A stretch of DNA of 64,000 nucleotides from Raillietiella orientalis. Its lineage: Eukaryota. Shown one piece after another: positions 36,076-47,200 of the stretch (positions are counted from its first letter, which is position 1; every line of letters starts with the position of its first letter). Both the position numbers and the translations under genes were made by a program. The notes under the pieces are model-generated. The model searched no databases and was not told where the DNA came from. It saw only the letters and a list, made by a program, of their open reading frames with translations. Where the stretch lies: positions 9,796,001 to 9,860,000 of the forward strand of contig JAYWIR010000001.1 of the NCBI GenBank assembly GCA_036172245.1, read 5' to 3'.

Positions 36076-37046
36076 ATGGGGAAAGGAAATTGCAAATACG
36101 TAACGGCAGCATCGGAACGAGAGTTCGAAGAAATCCATGGGAGGAACTGGAAAAATACGCGCTCTCGCACAGAAAACAGTAAATCAGTGGACCCAAATAC
36201 ACCCACAGATAGGGGAGATGATCAAAAACGAGGAAGTTACAAGCGAACCCCTAGCAGATGAGCATGAAACGACCAGTAAGGAAGTCGGCACCATTGGCAG
36301 TCGGCTGTGTATTGTGGAGATCGAACTTGCCTCCTCCGGAAGACCAAGGCGCTCTCATCCATCGTATCTCATGGAGGACGTTACCGGTCCCGAGACTTAA
36401 GAAACGAATTCCGTGCTGCTTGAGGCAGGACACAAGCCGAACCGCATCTCTTCACTGCTGACAAACTCTGGACGGAGGTTGGGACCTCCTTGGGCAAACG
36501 GTGCATGCTCCGCGAAAGAAGAGGTTCGAAGAGGACTGCTTGAAGGAGATTGCAGAGTTCTATCCCATGGACCGGATATGCCACCAGCTAGCCTTCTTGA
36601 CTACGGCAATGCTGACCAGAAGGAAGGTTTTCAACCAACAAGAATCGCTCCTCGGTGAACCCGACACTACCCTTGAGCAAAGTTACCAATAGAGGGAGGC
36701 GGTGGCGGCAAAGGACATCGCCGAGGGCCTGATGAAAAAGGAAACAGCCACCGGGAAGTGTGGACCCTCTCATTAGGGACGCCCTAGAGTCTCGTCCCCT
36801 GAATGTGGAGCTGCGTGAGAAGGTGCAGTGGAAGAAGCAGCGAGACCTGCCAAAAGTGCTATGTTTAGAAACGGACACGTGATCGTTCCGCATCGCTGCG
36901 AGAGACGGCTGCTCATCGGAAAATACCTGGACGCTTTTTCGGCGCCTACCGGCCCTCATGTCTGCGTCCCCGAGAAAAGGAACGGGACATCAGCTGTGCT
37001 TTCTGGTTTCTTCATCCGAAAGGATTCCTTATGGAGACTCTTCTAG
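36076..37046 (+). CDS. Candidate uncharacterised gene, divergent from the previous candidate (model incomplete)
   Basis: MGKGNCKY|gtaacg...gcacag|KTVNQWTQIHPQIGEMIKNEEVTSEPLADEHETT|gtaagg. Downstream coding-like pieces include KKRFEEDCLKEIAEFYPMDRICHQLAF and PLIRDALESRPLNVELREKVQWKKQRDLPK. No family was recognised. Confidence 0.25.
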
Positions 37047-37050
37047 CTCC

Positions 37051-37110
37051 TAGGCTGAAGCTACACTTCGATCTTAGCCAAAAGGCCGAGAAGCGTAGGC
37101 TGAAGCTACA
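37051..37110. repeat. 15-bp direct repeat TAGGCTGAAGCTACA flanking a 30-bp spacer
   Basis: Exact copies at 37051-37065 and 37096-37110. Confidence 0.8.
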
Positions 37111-40100
37111 GGGCTGGGATTCGACCCGCTCCCAGGGCGACCCACTCCGCGTAGCAGCCAGGGGGAAGGGGGAGGGAAATTAGGAGAAGGTCGTGACGTT
37201 CACGCAGCTGAAGCTCCTGAGTGCGCGCGCGCGTTTTGGTCTGTTTCTCCTCCCCCTTTTCTGCGCCATGTTTCTCCAGGGAATCCTGTAGGGTGGTGAA
37301 TTCCTGCTGTTGACCTTGGGGAACGATCAAAAAGTTCCGAAAAACGGACAAAAGAAGCACAAAAGCAGCCGACCTTTCGTGACGCAACTTTCTGCCGACA
37401 AATGGAGAAGAAGAAGGAAAAAAAACCCTTCCTGCATCCGGAAAGCCTCCCGCGGCCTTTCCGTGCCGTTCCGTGGGATTCATGGAGACCCAGGCGGGAC
37501 TTTCACTTCTGGATCCTCGTCTGCGTGGCTTCCGTTACCGGGAGGGCGGTCGCGGCGGCTCCCTCGGATACGCCCACGAGAATCGGGGCGCCCGGCACTC
37601 CAGGGAACCGCAGGGGGAGCTGCCGCCTCCGTGGGGAGGCAGCAGGGAGCAGCGCCGCAGGTTGCCGGCCCTCGCTCCTCCAGGCACGCCCTCTCGCGAC
37701 TCCCCCAGGGGGACTGCGAGTGTCGACCGTGGCTCCTCGCCGTTCCCCGTCTTGCGGGATTTCGCCTGCTCGTAGCGCGCGTCCGGAAGACCCTCCCAAA
37801 GAAAGGCGAAGAACAGAAGGCGCTCGCTGCCCCCACCCGGGTGGGAGCAAGAAACTCCCCCTCCCCGTTTGCCATGGAGAGGGTCCATGAGGCGGGAGTG
37901 ACAACTGTGACACCCTTCCCTCCTCCTCGCCCGCCTGCCGTCGTCAGTGCTCTGCCTAGGCGGGTCTCGAGGTCCGCTCCGAGACCCCTGTGGGAGGCCG
38001 GTCGACCCCCTTCCCGCTGATCCCGGAGTTGTCGCCGCACGGAGAGCAGTAGGCGAAAAGCATGATGCACTCACTATAGGACCTACTTTTTCCCCTCCCC
38101 TTTTCTTTTCCTCTTCCCCCTCCTCTTTTTTCCCTCCCTTTCTCCTCCTCCCCTTCTCCTTTTTCCCCTAGCAGACCCCTCTCCCGGTTAGACCTTCGTG
38201 GTCAGGTGATGAGGCTTGAGCGAGATGGCAGCTCCAGAGCAGCGGTGGAGGCCGCCTGCAGCCCCGCAAAGCGGCTGCGGCGCTTCCATGCGGACACCAG
38301 CGGAGGCTGCGAGGAGGACAGCCGTCGTGGCAACCGCGCACGCGCCGCTTTGGCCGCCGGTACCTCAGGTTCGTGTGCTCACGGCAAGTGACGTCGCATC
38401 GCCATGGCTGCGCCGTCGGCGAAGCCTTGGGCGTCGATGACGTCGGGTGCGGGTGCGCTCCGTGCTGAAGCAGCGGGGAGCCTGAGGGGCCTCTTCCGGA
38501 CTCGCGCCCGAACTGAGAGGAGATGGTGGAGCCGGATCGCGGTCAGGAGACCTTCGGTGGAGACCGCGAGGCCCCACTCGATCCCGCCCCACTCCTTGCG
38601 ATTCGCTTTCCTTTCCTTTTGTTCGAAGAAGATGCTTGGAGGGAGAGGAACGTCACGGACACCTCGTTGCTAGGATCGAGCCTCCGGGAAGGAACCACCC
38701 TCCGAAGGGTGGTGGCCAGACCACGCCAAACATCGCTACGGACTGGGTCATCCCCCAAGGCGAACCTACTTCCCTCGTGTCCTGGCTGCCGGGAGAAAAA
38801 CGGGAGGAAAAGGGTTGGGGTCACCTGACTGCGTCGCGCTCGTCGTCGAGTGCTCTCGCGCGCCTCGGGCAACGAAGTCGGTCTCTGGGCCGGCAGAAGA
38901 GATCCAGGGGGTGGGATGAGGAGGAGCCCCCTGGAGCACGCAGGGGGGAACCGCGCGCGCGAGGGGAGGCGCTCATTCTCTGGAGGGGGTGTCATGGCAA
39001 CCGCGTGGCGCGGCGGTAGCAGGCGAGTGCCCGGGTCCGTGCGGGTGCCCTGGTCCCCGAGAGAGTGAAGCGAGTAGGAGCTCTGCGCGCGCACTGCCAC
39101 GCATCCAAAAGAACCCGGAGGCTGGGACCGTTGACCCACTTCGAGGAGGAGGAGGAGGAGCGCCGCATGCGTCACGCACCGGGAGATCCGCTCCGAGCGG
39201 CGGCTTCCGGCAACCGGCGCGCGAGTGCACGCGTCATCCTTGCACAGGTCGCCTTGCGGAAGCAGCAGTTTCGGGCCTCGCCGTCTCCGCAGGCGGAAGG
39301 CAGGCGCGCATCAGACCCGGCGACCCCATCGGCCGGACCCGGGGAGACGCCGGCTCCACCTTTCTTCAGCGCGGTCGGAGAAGGACACGCCGCTTGAAGA
39401 GAGGGAAAACGGGGGCAGAGGCGAGAGGCTGCGCATCTCGGGTGCAGGTCCAGGAATACGGTCTTTCCTCCACCCTTCCCCCCCTTCGGTCTCGGGAGGC
39501 GCCAACAGGAGAGGTGTCCTCCCGCGATGCCTCCGCCTTGCGGCAAAGGCACGTCCCGATCCCCGCCAGGCGAAACCGAGAGGCTGTGGCCGCCTGCCAA
39601 CCTCGGGGCAAGTTCGCCGCTGCGTCGGTCGACCCTTTTCCCTCCTCTTTCGTCTGCTCCTCTTCGCTGGCGGCTCGTTCGTCCATGATTTCCGACGCGG
39701 CGGAACCTCCAACGAGGGTTCACAGCCCAGGAGGCGGCGTAGCGCCTGCAGCACGAGAGAGAGAAAAAAAAAATCGCAAAAGGTGTGCGTCACTTGTGCG
39801 CGCGTCTGCAACTCTACACGAGCGGCACTAGAATCTGCGCTCAAACACACGTACGCCGTCAACGTCCGCGTGAGGCACGTACGCGACCTGGGCTCACAAG
39901 CGTGCAGCAGGGTGCTCTCGTACGTGCCAGTGCGCGTGTGCCAGGTGTGCACCCTGCGCTTAACCTGAGGAGGCGTGGGGTCCAGTGGCCGTCGCGAGCC
40001 GACCTTCCCTCCGTCTCTGACCAGAGCAAAGGAAGAAGGCCGGAGAGGACCGAAAGAGAACCGGAACTCTCGCGGCTCCGCGCCATCGCTGCCGGATGTT

Positions 40101-43100
40101 CAGGTCGCGCGCAGCTTCGGCCGTGCCCACGCGGTCCGCGCGCGTCCGTTCCGACTCGCCCTCTCGCGGCTGCGTCTCCTGCTCCTCCGGCAGGAGCGAG
40201 AGCAGCCCTCCCGGACCACGCAGGCTGCTCCTTGGACGTCGTCGTGCAGGACGATCCTTGGAGGCTTCCCGAACGCTCGTCTCGGGTGAAACGCGTGACG
40301 GAGCGAATCGTCGCCACGGATGATAAAAAGTGGTGCTTAAAACCCCGGCTGCGTACAGACCGTTGCACCCCTCCCCACTTCTCCCTCTCTTCCGCATCCT
40401 ACAGCATAATTGCAGTCGCGGCCGGGAATGGCCGCAGCGACCACTTCCGACGCTGCTTGCCTCCAAAAGCTGCAAGCGCTTCTTCGAGCAAGTCCGTGCG
40501 TGGAACTCCGGCTGCAGCGCGCTTTCGAGGGAAAAGTTGAGGAGCGCGCCTGAGGATTGGAGGAGGGGGAGGGGATAGGCAACACATGGGCTGAAGTAAA
40601 CGATCATGCTCGGGATCGTGCCCCAAAACGCAGCACAGGGATGCATGGCAACGGCAAGTTTTTTGTGGGCCTTGCGCAGGCACAGCGCAAGGGGTCGTAG
40701 GTGCGAGTGATCCGGGTGTTGCGTCATTTTTTTTTCCCGCATCCTCTCCGAGCACGGAAAGGAGGACGCTTGGGGACGCGAATGGTTCCTGGCCAGCTTC
40801 GCTCTTTTCGAAGGGAAGATGCCGACAAGAGGATGCGGCCCCAGGCTCGAGCAGCTGAGGCGCCACCGGAAAAGACCGGCAACTTTCCCTGTGGATGCAT
40901 GGAAGCGCGAACTTGGAGCTGCGTCTGAGGCGATCGTCGGGAGCCAAGGAGGGGGATAAGCCAGTCAGGAGACACGAGAAAGAACGGACGGCGGCTTACG
41001 CGTCTTGCCTGCTCAAGTATGAGGACGGAGGAGTTCCATACGAGCGCTCTCATGGAGCGCTGCCAGTCTATCCGACCGGTTGCAGGTTTCTTCACGAAAC
41101 GACCTCACGCCATCGTCACCGGAAGGAACTCTCCACCCAAATCAAACTCGTTCCACGAGGAGAGGCACTCCCCATTTGTCCTTGCCGCCCCGCTGCAATC
41201 TTCTTGTCTTGGTGACCTGGCCGTTTCACTCTGAGCTGATGGTTCACGTGACCTCGGACACGCCTCGTTCAGGCTGAGATTTGAGCAAAGGAGAAAATCC
41301 CTCTGACAGTTCCCGATTAAAGTCTGACACACCCAATGTCTGACAGAGAGACCCTTTCCTCTGTCTGACTGCGTCGAAAGCAGCAGCACTTCCAGCAAGT
41401 TGCTGACCATGACCATCGATGCTGGAGTTCCTCCAGCCGGAGAAGGGAACGACTTCTGGAGAGCCCTACGACGCAGTCGTCCGCACGCCAGATGTTTGCA
41501 CTCGAATGCTCCTTCAGGAATCCGGCAACGGACTTGCCCTCTGAGACCTGCAGTGGCCTCCATGCTGCTGTCTCTGACGATCTTCGGCTTTATCTCTTTC
41601 CAGTTTTGAGCGAAGAGTTCCGCTTCCCCCTGACATACGGACCCATTGATTGGGAATTGGAGAAACGCACGCTGTCCGGTTCCGACCGGTTCCCGGTGCC
41701 TCTTCGGCAAGCTCCACCCGGGCGAAGCTGAGCGCCTCCACCCTCCCTCGCCCTTGGTCATGTAGACCTCCGTCCTCAGCATGTTTTAGCGTCCGCTCCA
41801 TGAAGACCACCCTCCCTCCGTCCTTTGCCGATGGAAAAAGCCTCATTTACTGTTGGGGTGGATGGAGGAGCCCAGCGGAGCTCTTTCCCCCGAAAGAGCT
41901 CCCTCGGGGTGATGAAGTGACGGACCAAAGAAAGAGGGTGGTCCGAATCCTGGGTGGTCGGCGCGATGATGTTCGCCACCGTGACCTCTGGAGCTGCCTC
42001 TGTGGAGACCGGGCTTTGCTTCTGCGGAATACTGTCCACCGCTTTGGCGGAAGCACTGAACCCTCTCGACCGACCATTTCGGTACAACCGAGCGCTCCTG
42101 GAGAAATCCGATTTCTGACGCTGACCCAAGAATGGAAGGCGGAAGCTAACAAAGAGGTTTCGTTGACCGGAAGCTCGTGGACACCGGCTCGAGAGCACGG
42201 GCGTCTTAGAGTTCCTTAGAACCTGTTCTCTGTTTGCCTGTTCTGTCTCTCTCTTCCGAAGGGAGGTGACGATCTCCATGGTTGCTCAAGCGGTAAAGGA
42301 TGTCTCCTGTGTTGGTCAGCGACGTGGCCGCCTTCGCAGAACAGCACGGAGGCGAGGCGAAGGTGCACGCAGAACCCGTTGTTCTCAGCGCACAGAGGGT
42401 GGGAACAGTCCCAAGTGCTCCTGAGCGTGTCTCAGCGTCGTACCTTCGAGGATTTTCGCCACCTCCTCTCACCTTTTCCCAGGAAAACCCTCGGGATCGC
42501 CTCACCTGTTCAGGGCAAACGAGACGAGGAAGGCGAACATAAACTCCTCTCTCCGGTGGGACCGTGACGAAGGAGAGGAGGAGGAAAGAGAGAACGGACC
42601 CGGAAGGAAGCAACACCTCTTTCCTCCCCATGCCGGGATCCGTAATGCGCTCTCCAGCGTTCTGGAAGCCTCTCGAAAAATTCCATCGATCTAGGCCGGG
42701 ATCCCCCCATTCTTCAAGAAAAAAAAAAAGGGAACCAGAGATTTTCTCTCTCTTCCTCTCTTTGAAAAGAAGAAGCCTCCTGCTCCAGATGCAGGATTCT
42801 TCTCGGAGAGTAGGTCACGAAGAGAGAGCTCCGTTCCAGCCGACTGCAGGAAGAACGGGGGAACCGGTTGTGGAATGAACGTTCCCACCTCATCACTCCC
42901 GGAGGAGCGTGAGGTCTCTCTTCCCTCTCTCCTCTCATTCTGGGATTCGGTTCCAGAGGAGGAGAAGAGTCCGCTTCCTCTGAAATCAGCATCCGCGGAG
43001 GATGATACCCACACGTCCTCTATGTCCATCTTCTGGGCCATTCCCGGAAGACGGATATGGTCGGGGGGATACATCGACGAGGCCCCGTCGATGCTGAGTG

Positions 43101-46100
43101 TCCGGGACAACCATCAGAGGCGTCTCGTTATCTCCAGTTGCAGCCGTGGGATGCATCCAGTTCCCTCGTGTCAACTGTTGCGACTCCGACCGTCGTCACC
43201 TGAGGGCCGGCAGCTCCGCAGTGACGTCGCCCTGCGGAGCCGCCTCCCTTTCGCTCTCTCAGGAATGTTCTCGCAGGGCACGGGATGCTCCCAGGACTGT
43301 AATCCACTCTCCCCTTCCAGGTTCCAGATCGGGACGGAGGCTGTGGCCCGCTCCGGGAGCGAGCCTATTGCAGGGAAGCAACTCTCACCGACCTCTGACC
43401 GCGAACGGTAGATAGGCGCGCCCGCGGAGGCGGGCGCACAGGCTAGACGTGCAACGGCTCCTCATCCCACACTCTTCCGCGGCGTGCGTGCGTTCCCTCC
43501 GGCCACGGGAGGGGCAAAGACAAGTCGGGCGGCGCGGGCGAACCTGCGCCATCCGAACACCGGGTGCGCCCCAAGAGAGGGGGAAGCGGCCCCCTAGCTC
43601 GCGTGCGGTCCGCAGCAGGGCGTGGGGCAGCTCTCCCGGTATTCCCCCATCGGGGAGTGCCACGCCTGACCCAGCTGCTGGTTGCGACTCTTCTCCACGC
43701 GGACTTTGTCCTCCCGTGGTGGCGTCGAGCGCCCGTATGGGCCTCGTTAGCAGCTTTGTGCTGCCTACGCGGGATCGTCACCACTTGGAGCAAGGCTACG
43801 GGAGGACAACGCGACCAGGGTGCCATCCAGCCAGCCTCCCAGTTCCTGAGGAGGGCGTCCCGATGGCCCCACCTGGATCCAGGAATACAGAAGGAGCTTG
43901 CCGGCATCCTCCAAAGGATGCAACGGCCCCACCAGCAACTGTGATCCCTTCCCTTACCCTCCCAACTTTTCTTTTCTTTTTTGTTTTGTTTTTTGTTTTT
44001 CCCCCTTCCCCCTGCTGCTGTGGTGGACCGTACCGGTCTGCGAACCGGTGACACGGCAGGCTCTGTGTTTCTTCGTGCGTGGCTGGGGCAATGGTCCAGC
44101 TACTGCACGTCTTTGTAAATGTTTGTTTTATAATAAACGCCCCGGCGAAATCCGGGTGAAAATCGAGCGCCCGTATGCGTCCACGTGTGGTGCCCGCCTG
44201 TGACGAAGTTTGCCGCAAACCACCTCCCCCCCATTTCTCGTGACCAATCCAAACCACCGCCACTGCCACCCTTGCTCCGAGGGAAGGGGATGGTGGGTCG
44301 GGGGGAACACCGGAGAAGAAAACGGAGAGGGAGGAGGGTGGGGGGAGGGGAAGAGGCTTTGGGACGGGGATTAGGAGGACGACTTTTCGGTCCTCAGGCT
44401 TCCGCTTCCGCCCGGAGGCTCCGCCAGCGAGTCACTGCTGGCAGCACGTCGGGAGCCAACGGTGGGAGGACAGGAGGCAAGGAGGGCGGAGGAGGAAAGA
44501 AGGACTCCCTCTTCGGCTGAAGCCCTCGTCTCTTGCTGCGGTTCGTGTCCCGGAATCAGAGATGGTACCTTTGGGGACTCACGACATCAGGCCGGAGATC
44601 CTGTCGACCTGTCGGAATCGCCGCATGCGCAGCAGCTGCTTCCTCAGCTCCCCTGGGGGATCGAAGGGGTCTTCCTTGGGTAGCGGAATCTCCGGTAGGG
44701 GCAAGCGTCGGTTTGAAAGTTCGTCAGGTGGTACACGCGCCTCGATTTCTTCCTCATCCCTCCCCTCTTCCCCTTGCCCTCCCCCACCCTCCCGGTGCAG
44801 GACGATACGCTTCCACCCGCGGAACGCTCGCTCGCCTTCCTCGTCACGCCGGACTTCCTTCGGAGACCCGATCTGCCGCTGGGCGATATGGGGCCCCTCC
44901 CGGACGCCCACCAGGGGGTTTGGTGCCCGGTTGGCCAGCAAGCCCCATAAGGGAGCTCTGCGGAAGGGGGAGCATGTAGGGTCACCGCCTGAGGGGTCGT
45001 CCCCGTCGGGTCGGGGGACCTGACGGGCGTCTCTGTCGAAGAGGAGAGCGCAGAGACGGAATTCCGGGGAAATCCGGACTCCACACGGAGGCAGAGAGGA
45101 CGCGCCCGCGACGGGTGCTGATGCCCCCGCGGCGGAGACAGCGCGCGCTCCACCCACGAACGTTCCGGCTGAGGCGAGCAGAGCGCGCGCGTGGGCAGCG
45201 TAAAGAGGCTAGAGGGAGTTTACACGTCCGACCTCGTCTACCCATCCCTCCCCACCGTCCACTTCCTCCCAATTCCCTGATTAGACGGAAAGAAAAGCGC
45301 GCGGGGACGACATGATCCCAACCCTTCCTTTCTCACGCCTCCCCTCTCCTCTCCTCCCCCCCTCCGCCCCCGTACCAGCGGCTCGCTTCCCGGCTTGCAG
45401 GCGGCGGGAATGCGCGCACCGGGGCATGTCGGTGACACTCAGCGCGCGCCGCCATTCCCGAACTGAGGGCTTCGAGCTGGCGGCGGCGGAGCGCGCGGAT
45501 ACCGTGAGAAGTCGACGACGGGCTAGCTGGCTGGCTCCCGGACGCGGTGACTCCCACACAGGGAAAACGTCCTTGCGCGCGTGCGCAGAAGCGAAGCGCC
45601 GCGACCGGAGCGGCGGACGGACTCCGAGCCGCTGAGATAGGAAATTGAGCGATCATTCGGGATTTCCTCTGGGGGCACAAAACTGCGAAAACAGGGGCCG
45701 CGCTCCTCGACGGGCCCAATTTGAGGGAGGCTCCTGCGACGCGACCGGAACATCGCGTTTCCGACGAATGCCTAGCCTTCCGGGCAGTGTTGATGGCGTG
45801 AGAAGCTGACCCCGACCTTCCACCCCTCCGACCATCGGCTGATAAACAGACGCCGAAATATCTGCGATGATTGCGAGCGAAGGAATCGTCTCCCTCTCCC
45901 TCCCTCCCTCTACCCTTTCTTTCTTGTTGTTTAACGGGAGCAGCGGCAAGCTGAGGATTCACGCTGAGTCCACCCCACCCGTCCATTCGCCCGGGACCCA
46001 CGCATCTGTTCAAACACGAATCGCTGATAAGAAAAATCACCGGGGTATGCAAAGTCGCCTTTTCCTGGCCGCAGGAACGCGCGCGCGCGCCCCCGTGCTT

Positions 46101-46789
46101 GTTTTCGCTCTGTACCCGTCGTCCCTCGATTCGAACGGCAGGTCAGCCGCGCAGACCGGCGGCGGCGACGGAGGGAACGCCAGTGGATCCGCCGAAAGGG
46201 AAGGGGGGAAATCTTCCCGCTCCTTCCCTGGAAAGCATCGCCTTTCCCCCCTCCTTCCTTCCTTCCCTCGCGCACGGGATATCCGCGAGAGGGTGCAACT
46301 CCGGAAAGGTGCACAAACCGGCTTTGGCCTTCCGAGGGACGGAGAGTCCTCCGGTCCAGTCGCCGGACAGGTTGCTGAAAAGACAGCCGGCAGGTTGCTG
46401 AGGTAATTCCGAGTTTGCGAGCAGCCGCCATTATCCCGCAGGAGCCCCGCGGAAAGGGAAAGAGATTCCTCGAGAGCATTTCCTTTACCTCTTGGCTCTA
46501 CGGAGGGTGAGATTGTCTCTTGGAAACGAAACAAAAAGATCCTCCTACCTTTCCCATCCGGATGCTCCAGTGGACCTCATGCGGACGATTCGGGATCGCC
46601 GCGATCTCTTGAAAAGGAACCAAAGAGTTTCTGCTCTGCCAAAGCCTACAAAAGTAGGCTTAGCCTCGCGTTGCTAGGCAGCCTGCACGCCGGGTCGGCG
46701 ACATCCATTCTCACTGGAGCCTCATTGTTGTCGTGCATGTTGGCTTTCTCAAGACGAACATCCGTAATGCGAAGGAGCTTCGAACCGCA

Positions 46790-47200
46790 AATGAGACAAT
46801 ATTTATGGAAAAATCATCAAGAAAACTAACGAAGTTAGTAACTAGTAATAATTAGTTTGTAATATCAGAAGATCCATTTGGAATAATATTGAATTTTCTG
46901 ATATAATAGAAGCTAATAATAACTAATCGTGACAATGGAAAATTATTGATACACAATCATCGGGATCGATGCTTATGATAAGCAACAGCAAATCCGTATA
47001 ATGCAACCGAAGACCATTGCTAATCATGATGAAGCGACGACAGCAGCGATCATTAACTTCACAGCCATAAAAAATAAATTGCAATTACAATTATTAGCAA
47101 TGCATGATATGCTGAACAGTAACGCATAATTACCAGTGACAAATAAGCAGTGGTGATGACTGTCAGCAGTAACTAATAACTATCATCCACTAAATCAGTG
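46790..47200. repeat. AT-rich low-complexity island, decayed (AAT)n-like trinucleotide sequence
   Basis: Abundant taa/aat/ata triplets, no ORF in the track, and sharp contrast with the GC-rich flanks. Confidence 0.55.

Noticed and set aside
37110..37165. tRNA gene
   Set aside because: The B-box-like motif is imperfect, the A-B spacing is too short, and no cloverleaf can be drawn.
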